Source: Gemmatimonadales bacterium (GTDB lineage Bacteria > Gemmatimonadota > Gemmatimonadetes > Gemmatimonadales > GWC2-71-9). Taken from it: DNA of 60,581 bases. Both the position numbers and the translations under genes were made by a program. This document shows, piece after piece, positions 37,777 to 46,052 of the stretch (positions are counted from its first letter, which is position 1; each line of letters begins with the position of its first letter). The stretch lies in the NCBI GenBank assembly GCA_025937755.1, contig JAICQR010000002.1:1-60581 (forward strand), read 5' to 3'. The notes under the pieces are model-generated. The model ran no database searches. It saw only the letters and a program-made list of their open reading frames with translations, and was not told the origin of the DNA.

Positions 37777-38576
37777 CAGGCCTCCGGAAAGCTTCCAGCG
37801 GGAAAGATCCGCACGGCGTTGCCGTGGCGCACCAGGTCCAGTTCGGCTGGCGAAAGCAGATGTGCCAGGTAGCGCAGCTTGGCGAGGCCGGTGTCCATGG
37901 TGAGGTCGGTGCCCCAGAGCAGTCGTTCCGGCCCAACCGCAGCAACGCAGGCCTCCAGCATCCCGCCATCTACTCCGCTGCCGGAAAGATCGACCAGCAC
38001 GTTGGGTACGTGACGCACGGCGCGGAGCGAATGGAGCCAGTCGCCACCTCCGCCGATGTGAGCAAGGATGAATGACACCCCCGGGTGGCGCCGCGCCAGA
38101 CGGCAGAGCTCGATGGCGTCAGAGGCCTCCTGCCCCGGCATGTCGCGCCGCCGGTGCTGCCAGATGTGCTGCAGCACCGGGAAATGGTGCTCGGCGGCGA
38201 GATCGGCGACGCCGTCGAGCAGCGAGTCGTCAGCACGGCGGCTGGCTGCGAGCTTGATCCCGATCATGCCCCCGGCGACACCCCGCGCGATTTCGCTTGT
38301 GACCTGGCCGGGATAGTTGGGGTTGACCAGGACGTACCCGCGCACCAGATGCGGATGCTCGCTGACGATCCGGCGCTGCTCCTCGTTGGCGAGGGTCACG
38401 TCCGCCTGTGAGGGGAAGTAGATGGGCGAGCGCAGCCCCCAGGTGCCAAGGATCGAGGACACGTGCCACGTGATCCCGATCCGCTCACCTGCGCGGATCC
38501 GGCTTTCATTCCGTGCGCGCCAGTCCCGCCGGGGCGTCAGGGAATGCAGGAAATGGACGTGGACGTCTATCAGCAT
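37776..38576 (-). CDS. amidohydrolase-2 family metal-dependent hydrolase
   Basis: MLIDVHVHFLH (HxH), ILAHIGGG, and LLWGTDL (Asp ligand). Confidence 0.8.
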   Translation of the reverse strand: MLIDVHVHFLHSLTPRRDWRARNESRIRAGERIGITWHVSSILGTWGLRSPIYFPSQADVTLANEEQRRIVSEHPHLVRGYVLVNPNYPGQVTSEIARGVAGGMIGIKLAASRRADDSLLDGVADLAAEHHFPVLQHIWQHRRRDMPGQEASDAIELCRLARRHPGVSFILAHIGGGGDWLHSLRAVRHVPNVLVDLSGSGVDGGMLEACVAAVGPERLLWGTDLTMDTGLAKLRYLAHLLSPAELDLVRHGNAVRIFPAGSFPEA

Positions 38577-38612
38577 TTTGCTGGCTTCATCTCATTCCCA
38601 GGATGGACTTCA

Positions 38613-38763
38613 CCACGGAGCCACGGAGGACACGGAGTTATCGAGCTATGGCGAGATCGCGCTGTCGTTTTTGTGGCTGTGCCGCAGGCTACGCCGCCTG
38701 GCGCATGCCTCCCACCACAATAGGCTGTTCTCCGTGAGTCTCTGTGTTCTCTGTGTCTCTGTG
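38613..38763 (+). repeat. octamer-periodic inverted-repeat element B
   Basis: Left arm CCACGGAG CCACGGAG GACACGGAG (38613-38637), then a 92-nt spacer with internal short stems. Right arm CTCCGTGAG TCTCTGTGT TCTCTGTG TCTCTGTG (38730-38763), ending 1 nt before stop codon 38765-38767 of the aminotransferase gene. Confidence 0.85.
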
Positions 38764-38764
38764 G

Positions 38765-39931
38765 TTAACTCACCGCCCTCAGCGCGTCGTCCAGCACGGC
38801 GAGAGCCTCCGCTATAACGGCATCGGTGTGCGCGAGGGACACGAAGTTCCACGGCGTCCGCTTGAAGATGAGCCCGCGACGGGCGCACTCCAGTGCCACC
38901 CGGGCACCGGCGTCCTCATCCACCCACTCGAAGGCACACATCACCGGGATGCCCGTGACCTGGCGGATCACCGCCGGGTGCCGCTGCGCGAGACGGGTCA
39001 TGCCTTCATGCAGCGCTGCACCCGCCCGTGCCAGCGTCGCCGGGACATTGCCGGACCGCACGGTCTTGATGGTGGCGTGCGCCGCCGCCAGCGACATGAA
39101 CTCGGTGGCGAGGGTCGAGCTGATCCATGTCTTCCCGATTGCCGCCATGGCCTCGTCGGTCCCGCCGACCGCTGCGAGCGGCATTCCGTTGGCGATGGCC
39201 TTGCCGACTACCACCAGATCCGGCTCCCCACCCCAGCGTTCAGTGGCTCCGCCCGGCGCCACTCGGCACACGGTCTTCACCTCATCGAAGATGAGCTGGG
39301 CGCCCACCCGGCGGGTCTCCTCGCGCACAGTCTTGAGCCACTCCACCGTTGGCTCGGTGTGAATGACCGGCTCCAGCACCACGGCGGCCAGCTGCTCCGC
39401 CGTGGTACGGATGGCCACCCGGCTGGCATCGACGTCATTGAACGGCACTGGCGATGCGAGCGTTCCGAGCGCGCGCGGAACGCCGGCCGCACCAGCATCC
39501 TGGCTCCAGTCCAGCCAACCATGGTAGCCGCAGGTGAGGACTCGCTCGCGCCCAGTCGTGATTCGCGCCAGCCGCACCGCGGCCGCCACGGCCTCGGCGC
39601 CGGTCTTGAGGAAGCGCCACCGCGGATGCGCGGGAAAGAGCGCCGCGAGGTCCGCGGCGACGGTCTCCTCCAACTCGGGCGCCACCGGCCCCACGCCGCC
39701 AGCCTCAGCGGCGGCACATACGGCCGCCACCACTGCCGGATGACCGTAGCCAAGGGACACCGCGCCAAGCCCCATGACGAAGTCGACGTACTCCCGGCCC
39801 CGCACATCGACGATGGTGCAACCCGCAGATCGGCGCAGCAGTCCCGGCGCGGCATCGTCGTTGGCATACCGGCCGTAGAGCGCCCGACGCGTCTTGCTGC
39901 CGGTGGATGTCTCACCCGCAATGTGGGACAT
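38765..39931 (-). CDS. class-III (GSA-aminomutase-like) PLP aminotransferase
   Basis: ORF 38765..40012 trimmed to M28 (MSHIAGETS). DFVMGLGAVSLGYGHP, KTGAEAV, IFDEVKT, and VVGKAIANG (PLP Lys). Confidence 0.85.
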   Translation of the reverse strand: MSHIAGETSTGSKTRRALYGRYANDDAAPGLLRRSAGCTIVDVRGREYVDFVMGLGAVSLGYGHPAVVAAVCAAAEAGGVGPVAPELEETVAADLAALFPAHPRWRFLKTGAEAVAAAVRLARITTGRERVLTCGYHGWLDWSQDAGAAGVPRALGTLASPVPFNDVDASRVAIRTTAEQLAAVVLEPVIHTEPTVEWLKTVREETRRVGAQLIFDEVKTVCRVAPGGATERWGGEPDLVVVGKAIANGMPLAAVGGTDEAMAAIGKTWISSTLATEFMSLAAAHATIKTVRSGNVPATLARAGAALHEGMTRLAQRHPAVIRQVTGIPVMCAFEWVDEDAGARVALECARRGLIFKRTPWNFVSLAHTDAVIAEALAVLDDALRAVS

Positions 39932-42654
39932 CAGGTGAGCTCGAGCACGCCGAGCCTGGATGCGTCCTGCCGGTCTCCCCGGAGCCAGACCCAGCCGCCA
40001 CCACCGCTCCACGTAAGCTGGCCCGCGCGCCGCTCGCGGCCCGAGCGCATCTCATTGACGATCAGGTCGAAGCGAAGCTTCCGGGCAAGCACCACATCGT
40101 TCCAGAAGGGCGGGGCCAGGGCCATCGTCACCCGATAGCCATCGTCGGTCTCCGTCCAGGCGGCCGATGCTTCCACCGGTGCAGCGGCCGCGAGTCCGAC
40201 TGGCCGCATGCGTACGGTACCGCCCGGCTCAGGCACCATGAGCACACCCCAGTGCCCTCCCGCGCCGTCGCCAACGTGGACCTGGATGCCGTCCGAGTGG
40301 ATATCATCGGGCTCGTTGTCGAGTTCCAGCGCCGGCGCGTCGGCCGGGCGGAACCACAGTTGGTCCTTCCGGACGTCCACCGCGACGTACAGCGCATCAA
40401 TATCCCAGTTGACGAATGCCACGGCACCAAAGACTTCGGCGCCGGGATACGGCTCCTCGCTCCGCCGGTACTGATCGTCGTGATCGATGTGGAGCAACTC
40501 GCCATCGTCAAAGCCGTCCATGCTGCCATCGAGCGTCGGTGGCTCGGGCACGTGGAGCGCAACACCGCGCTCGGGCTCCTTCCGGTTGCGGGTCACCAGT
40601 GGCTCGAACTCGACCACCTTGGCCCTCCGTCCGCCGAGCTGCACGGTGCCGGTGGCGGTAGCGACCTGCCATCCGTCGCTCACTTCAGCGTGGAGATCCT
40701 CGCCACGACCGAGGCTGACCTTGACGCTGGCTCCTGCGACTGCGAGGTCGGTCACGGTGCGGGCCGGCGCCAGCACCGCAGCAAGCGACAATCCCCGACC
40801 GCTGATGGCTACCAGGTAGAAAGTCGCCTCGGGTGCACCGGGAACGCCGGGGGCGACTGCACGGAGCAGCGTGGTGCCTGCAGGGAGCACCAGGTCCAGC
40901 TCAGCGCCATCGCGGACTGCGCGGATCACCAGCGGACCCGGCGCCTCGGGGACGAAGTGCGCACCGTCGTGGGTGAACTCGCCCGGCACCTCCTCGGGCT
41001 CCCACCGACCTCCGTTGACCACGCGCGTTTGTCCTGCCAGATGCCAGGGCAGGTGGAGCAGATGTGGCTCGGCGCCTGCCAGTTGCACCAGGTCGAGCAC
41101 GTAATCGGGAGCGGTCACCACGGTGCGGGTGAGATCGCCCCATTCCCCGCGGCCCCAGGCCCAGCCGTCGCTGCCGACGTCGAAAGCCCGGACGTCCGCG
41201 TGAGCAAAGGACTGGGACGTGCCGTCCAGCATCGGCGCATTGTGCGCCAGCGTGCTCCGATACCAGAAGAGATCGCGCTGCAGGTACGATCCGGTGCCGG
41301 GATCAGGCAGCCAGTGGACGCCGGCGTCATGCAGCGTCAAGTGCAGCCGGTCGGGGTGGCCGTGGCCACTTGCCCAGGGGCCGCCCTCCAGGGACACATA
41401 GCGGTCTTCATGTCGCAGCACGATGAGCCCTGCCTCTTCGAGCAGGGTGCTCTCCGCTGCGACGCCCCCTTCCTCCTCGGCGAGCTCCGCCAGCCCCATC
41501 AGCATCGCGTTCCATGAGAGTGACGCGCGAGAGCGATGTTCCGAGATAGGCAGTCCCGCTTCGTACAGCCAGGAGTCAAATTCCAGTGCCGGCTGACCTG
41601 GCTCGGAGTACAGCTCACGCAGCCACTGCTGCATCCCCTCCACCTCGGCGCCTTCCCTGCCGTCGAGCAGGCCGAGCCCCACTTCCCAGAGTTCGAGATA
41701 CATCGGCTGGCCCAGCGAAACGCCGTAGCGCGCGTCCTGGCGGGCGGGAAAGGTTCGATCAGGCAGCGCCGTCAGCATTGGAGCGCGCAAGGCCAGCGAG
41801 AGCCGCGTCGCCAGCGCCGCATCCGCCAGCACGTCGACGCCGGCCTGTCCGGCCCACCGGATTCCGCGCTGCATCCCCTGGAGAGAGAAGAGGTGATAGT
41901 TCTCGCCCTCGTGCCAGGTGCCGTCGGTGCCGAAGCCATGGGCCAGGTGGGCCAGAAGACCGACGTCGCTCTCGATGGCGCGCGCGGCGAGTTCTTCGTC
42001 CTCGAACCAGCATGCCACCGCGGCGAGCGCGGCGTTGTGCCACACCTGCCGATTGGAGAAGCCTTCGTTGAACTCCCCGATCAACGCGGCTGATTCATCG
42101 GCAATCCGGTCCACGATGCCGACCAGCCGCTCTTCCAGCACGCCGGCATCCCGCAGCAGGAACGCCGCAGACAGGAGGTCGGTGATCCAGATCGATTCCA
42201 GATAGGTGGAGAAGAAGAGCCGCGCAGGGCCGAGCACGTTGTCGAGGTTGGGATACTGATCGTATCCCGCGTAACTCTCGATGACCCGGGTGGCGCCGCG
42301 CACCAGTGCGTCGTCGCCGGACAAAAGTCCGGTTGCGGCGAACTGTGCGGCCTGGGCCGCGGCCCACAGATGCTGAAAGCGCGCGAAGAAGCGACGCTGG
42401 CGCTCGCCCCCCTCGGTCGTGCCGCATGCGGAGCAGCGAAACCAGTTGGGCGCCCATGGATCGAACTGCAGAGATGCGCCGTCCCGGGGGCAGGCCGCAC
42501 CGTTCCGGGAAAGCAGCGCCTTGTCCTTTGGGATGGCGATGCCGCGCTGGAGCACAGCCGCGGACCGCTCGTGCAAGCTCGTACGCAGCGCCGAGAGATC
42601 GGACGATGCTTCGATCAACGCATCGCGCTGCGCCAGGTCTTCTGCCGTTACCAT
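39931..42654 (-). CDS. heparinase II/III-like (alginate-lyase fold) protein with Cys4 ribbon and C-terminal CBM9-like domain
   Basis: ORF 39931..42762, start moved to M37 (alternative M31). CPRDG...CSACG; HEGENYHLF; GHGHPDRLHL (Hepar_II_III-like); C-terminal FVNWDIDALYVAVDVRKD. Confidence 0.75.
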   Translation of the reverse strand: MVTAEDLAQRDALIEASSDLSALRTSLHERSAAVLQRGIAIPKDKALLSRNGAACPRDGASLQFDPWAPNWFRCSACGTTEGGERQRRFFARFQHLWAAAQAAQFAATGLLSGDDALVRGATRVIESYAGYDQYPNLDNVLGPARLFFSTYLESIWITDLLSAAFLLRDAGVLEERLVGIVDRIADESAALIGEFNEGFSNRQVWHNAALAAVACWFEDEELAARAIESDVGLLAHLAHGFGTDGTWHEGENYHLFSLQGMQRGIRWAGQAGVDVLADAALATRLSLALRAPMLTALPDRTFPARQDARYGVSLGQPMYLELWEVGLGLLDGREGAEVEGMQQWLRELYSEPGQPALEFDSWLYEAGLPISEHRSRASLSWNAMLMGLAELAEEEGGVAAESTLLEEAGLIVLRHEDRYVSLEGGPWASGHGHPDRLHLTLHDAGVHWLPDPGTGSYLQRDLFWYRSTLAHNAPMLDGTSQSFAHADVRAFDVGSDGWAWGRGEWGDLTRTVVTAPDYVLDLVQLAGAEPHLLHLPWHLAGQTRVVNGGRWEPEEVPGEFTHDGAHFVPEAPGPLVIRAVRDGAELDLVLPAGTTLLRAVAPGVPGAPEATFYLVAISGRGLSLAAVLAPARTVTDLAVAGASVKVSLGRGEDLHAEVSDGWQVATATGTVQLGGRRAKVVEFEPLVTRNRKEPERGVALHVPEPPTLDGSMDGFDDGELLHIDHDDQYRRSEEPYPGAEVFGAVAFVNWDIDALYVAVDVRKDQLWFRPADAPALELDNEPDDIHSDGIQVHVGDGAGGHWGVLMVPEPGGTVRMRPVGLAAAAPVEASAAWTETDDGYRVTMALAPPFWNDVVLARKLRFDLIVNEMRSGRERRAGQLTWSGGGGWVWLRGDRQDASRLGVLELT

Positions 42655-43658
42655 GTCCGCACCCCTTCCCATGACCACTCGACCGGCAGCAGGCTGCTGC
42701 CCTCTGCTTCCAGGACCCGCGCCACGTCCCGCTCGCGTCCAGGCGCAAGGAATACCATGCATCCGCCTGCGCCGGAACCGGCCGCCTTGGCACCGATGGC
42801 CCCGGCCGCACGGGCACGGGCCTCCAATGCTCCCATCAACGGTGTGCGCATCCCGGCGTCCAGTTCCTGCTGGTGGCGCCAGTTGGCATCGAGTGCCGCG
42901 CCGACTGCGGCGAGATCGGCAGCAAGGAACGCCGCGATCATCGCGTCCGCGGCATCACGAAGTCCGTGCAGTGCCGCGTTGATGCCGCGCTCGCCTCGCT
43001 CATACGCCTGCATCACGCGCGTGATAGTGCCGCCCGACAGGCGCGACGCTCCGGTCCAGCAGAGCACCAGACTCCGAGCCAGTTCGGCGGCGAATTCGCG
43101 ATCAACCGCAATCGGATGGTGACCCACGTCAGGATCGCGGAACGTCAGGTCCTGAAAGCCGCCCAGCGCAGCCATGTACTGGTCCTGCTTCCCACCGGGA
43201 ATGGCTGCGTCCCGGGTCTCCAGTTCCCACGCGACGTGCGCCAGGTCCCTCGCGCCGAGTTGCTCGCCTCGTGCATGCAGCAGCGCTGCCGCGACGGCCA
43301 CACTGCATGCCCCGCTGGAGCCGAGTCCCGAGCCCTGTGGCACGTCGGTGCGCGAGGTGATGGTCGCGGGGCCCGGCGGCCAGCGCAGAACCGCGGCCTC
43401 CAGCAGGGGCACGTGGCCCGTCCCCGCCCGCGTCCCACCATCCTCGAGCGTCACGGTGGCGCCCAGGTCTTCCGCCACCAGGTGCACACCATCGCCGCCC
43501 GGGAGCACGTTGACGTGGGCATGCAGCGCCAGGGCCGCGGAGATCACTCGGCCGCCTTCTCGAGTCGAGAACGGCGGTACGTCGGTCCAGGCGCCGGCAA
43601 AGTCGATGCGGACCGGCGCCGACGCATGCGCGCGCCGGCTGCTCACTCGGTGCTCCAC
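42648..43658 (-). CDS. GHMP-family sugar kinase
   Basis: GTG start. APVRIDFAGAWTDV and the GHMP motif PQGSGLGSSGACSVA. Confidence 0.8.
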   Translation of the reverse strand: MEHRVSSRRAHASAPVRIDFAGAWTDVPPFSTREGGRVISAALALHAHVNVLPGGDGVHLVAEDLGATVTLEDGGTRAGTGHVPLLEAAVLRWPPGPATITSRTDVPQGSGLGSSGACSVAVAAALLHARGEQLGARDLAHVAWELETRDAAIPGGKQDQYMAALGGFQDLTFRDPDVGHHPIAVDREFAAELARSLVLCWTGASRLSGGTITRVMQAYERGERGINAALHGLRDAADAMIAAFLAADLAAVGAALDANWRHQQELDAGMRTPLMGALEARARAAGAIGAKAAGSGAGGCMVFLAPGRERDVARVLEAEGSSLLPVEWSWEGVRTW

Positions 43659-45079
43659 CGCGCGACCGTCGGCAGTTCCCCCCGCAGGTCCATCCGTACG
43701 TGATGCACCCGTCGATTCATCCCTTGCAGCCCCTGGGCATGATAGAGAAAGACGACCGGCACCAGTTCGGCGAACCGTTCCACAAGATCGGCGGTAGCGG
43801 CTGGCGCTGGCAATCCTGAAAGCTGGTAGAGCGGACCAAGGTGCCCCAGCTGCGGATCGCCCGGCACGCCGAGCACTGCGGCATCGAAATCATGTACCCC
43901 GCCATGCACCCGCTCCAGGAACGCCGACAGCTCGAGCTGGCGAATGCGTACCTCGAACCCGGCCCTGGCGAGCTGGGCCTGGAGCAGCTGCTCCAACGCG
44001 GCTTCGCCCGATCCGACGGTGAGGAGTTCGAATGAGATGGGCGGCTCGGCGGCTCGGCGGTTCGGCGACTCGGCGGCTGGGCGGCTCGGCGGCTCGGCGG
44101 CTCGGCCCTCGAGTGAAGGTGGCATGGGGCTGGCGCTGGGCGTGCCGAAGCCGAAGAGGTAGCCGTTGACGATCTCGTCGCGATCGACGGCAGCGGCCAG
44201 GCGCTTTCGGGTTGTGAGGTCGTCAAACGGCGGCCGCCGCGTGTTGAGCACGATGGAATACGAGAACAGCAATGGATACGTCACCACCGCCAGTTCGGGA
44301 TTGCGTCGCACGAATTCCGCGTGGGCCGGCTGAATCCCGGCGAAGTCGAGCTCTCCGCTGGTGAGCGCGGCCAGCTTGGTCATCGGCTCATCCACCACGA
44401 CCACGATAAAGCGCTCCAAGGCAGGCGGGCCACCCAGCGACGCCGGAAAATCGGGATTCCGTTCGAACACCCAGCGCCGATTGGGTTCATGCGCCACGAA
44501 CCGAAAGGGCCCGTTGCCCACCGGCTGCTCGTTGAATGCGGCGCGGCGGAGCGCGCCATGGGGAACGCTGCCGAGCAGGTGCCGCGGCAGCACCGCCAGG
44601 TCGGTGAGGACGTCCGGCATGCCTGTTTGGGGCTGGGTGAACTCGAGCATCAGGGTTGAGTCGTCCCGCGCTTCGCTGTGGCGAAGCTGAGCCAGCTCCG
44701 CCAGCCGAGGATATCCCGTGGCCGGGTCGCGCGCCGCAGCGAGGGTCCAGGCAGCGTCATGCGCGGTCGTGAACGGTCCGTCATGCCAGCGCAGGTCGGT
44801 CGAAATCGTCAGCGTCAGCGTCGTCCGGTCGGGCGACCACTCCCACGTCCGGGCCAGATAGGGAGATACCTGCATGGCGCTGTCATACCGCACCAGCGTC
44901 GTGAAGAGCACGTAGCGCTGCACCTGCCGGGCGAGCGGATGGAGCGTGAGGAGCGGGTTGATGCTCTGGAGATCGGCACCCGACGCAAACATCACGCTGT
45001 CAGATCGTCGATCCGCCACCGAGCCGCACCCCCAGGCGGCGAGTGCCAGCAGCGCCAGAGCGCGGTAGCTTTGGCCCAT
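43643..45079 (-). CDS. ABC transporter substrate-binding lipoprotein, family 5 (peptide/nickel/oligosaccharide type)
   Basis: ORF 43643..45502 trimmed to M142 (MGQSYRALALLALAAWGC, lipobox). LRWHDGPFTTAHD and VGNGPFRF are typical of SBP_bac_5. Confidence 0.85.
   Translation of the reverse strand: MGQSYRALALLALAAWGCGSVADRRSDSVMFASGADLQSINPLLTLHPLARQVQRYVLFTTLVRYDSAMQVSPYLARTWEWSPDRTTLTLTISTDLRWHDGPFTTAHDAAWTLAAARDPATGYPRLAELAQLRHSEARDDSTLMLEFTQPQTGMPDVLTDLAVLPRHLLGSVPHGALRRAAFNEQPVGNGPFRFVAHEPNRRWVFERNPDFPASLGGPPALERFIVVVVDEPMTKLAALTSGELDFAGIQPAHAEFVRRNPELAVVTYPLLFSYSIVLNTRRPPFDDLTTRKRLAAAVDRDEIVNGYLFGFGTPSASPMPPSLEGRAAEPPSRPAAESPNRRAAEPPISFELLTVGSGEAALEQLLQAQLARAGFEVRIRQLELSAFLERVHGGVHDFDAAVLGVPGDPQLGHLGPLYQLSGLPAPAATADLVERFAELVPVVFLYHAQGLQGMNRRVHHVRMDLRGELPTVARWSTE
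44041..44104 (-). repeat. 8 x 8-nt tandem array (GCGGCTCG consensus, + strand) inside the SBP coding sequence
   Basis: Units at 44041, 44049, 44057 (GCGGTTCG), 44065 (GCGACTCG), 44073 (GCGGCTGG), 44081, 44089 and 44097. Translated on the minus strand as RAAEPPSRPAAESPNRRAAEPP. Confidence 0.9.
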
Positions 45080-46052
45080 GGCCACTGCTCTGCTTCGCCA
45101 TGGCGTTCGTGGCGTACTGGTGCTGCTGGGCGTCGTAACGCTCACGTTCCTCCTGTTGCGGATGGCACCGGGCAATCCCGCGCTGCTGCTGCTCGGTCCC
45201 AATGCCGGACCGGAACTGGTGGCGGTGCAGGAGCGCGAGCTGGGGCTGGATCGCCCGCTGCCGGTGCAGTATGGCGCATGGCTCACCGCCTTCGCCACCG
45301 GCGACTGGGGGCGCAGCATCGCCACCGGCAGGCCGGTGCGCCAGATGATCGGCGAGGCCTGGCCGGCCACGCTCTGGCTGGTCGGCACTTCACTGCTGCT
45401 GAGCTTCCTGCTGGGCACCACCATCGGAGCCATGCAATCGTCACGCAGTGGCAGCCCGGTCGACACCGTGCTGTCGGTGGGCACCGTCACTCTCTTCGCC
45501 ATGCCCAGCTATTGGCTGGCATTGCTGCTGGTGCTGGTGTTCTCGTACGGGCTGCAGTGGCTTCCCGCCTTCGGCGCGGCCGGATTGGATGCCGACTTCC
45601 TGTCGCCCGGGGCCCGGCTGCTGGACGCGATGCGCCATGCCACCTTGCCGCTGGCGACCCTCACGCTCATCGGCGTGGGCGGCATCGCGCGCTACGTCCG
45701 CGCGGCGATGCTCGACGTGCGCGGCCTTCCCTTCGTGAATGTGGCGCGGGCCAAGGGCATTGCGGAAGCCCGGGTCACCCGTCGTCATGTGCTGCGCAAC
45801 GCCTTGGTGCCGGTGGTCATTCTGCTGGGCCTGTCTCTGCCGGCGCTCTTCTCGGGCGCGGTGTTCATCGAAGCCATCTTCGCCTGGCCCGGGGTCGGGC
45901 GGGTCCTGGTAGAGGCAGTTCAGGCACGCGACTACCCGGTGGTGATGGCGGCGGTCGCCGTGAGTGCGGCACTGGTGGTGGCGGGCAACATGCTGGCGGA
46001 CATCCTCGCGGCGCTGGTGGATCCGGTGCGCCGGGAGCCGGAGTCCGCGTGA
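45078..46052 (+). CDS. ABC transporter permease (DppB/OppB-like)
   Basis: N-terminus VLVLLGVVTLTFLLLRMAPGNPA plus an EAA-like loop. 324 aa. Confidence 0.9.
   Translation: MATALLRHGVRGVLVLLGVVTLTFLLLRMAPGNPALLLLGPNAGPELVAVQERELGLDRPLPVQYGAWLTAFATGDWGRSIATGRPVRQMIGEAWPATLWLVGTSLLLSFLLGTTIGAMQSSRSGSPVDTVLSVGTVTLFAMPSYWLALLLVLVFSYGLQWLPAFGAAGLDADFLSPGARLLDAMRHATLPLATLTLIGVGGIARYVRAAMLDVRGLPFVNVARAKGIAEARVTRRHVLRNALVPVVILLGLSLPALFSGAVFIEAIFAWPGVGRVLVEAVQARDYPVVMAAVAVSAALVVAGNMLADILAALVDPVRREPESA

Noticed and set aside
44678-46048. N-terminal 457 codons of the 736-aa ORF 44678..46888
   Set aside because: This part overlaps the SBP gene (opposite strand) and the first permease gene (another frame), and reads as low-complexity Arg/Gly/Ala. 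The DppC-like sequence begins only at GTG 46049.
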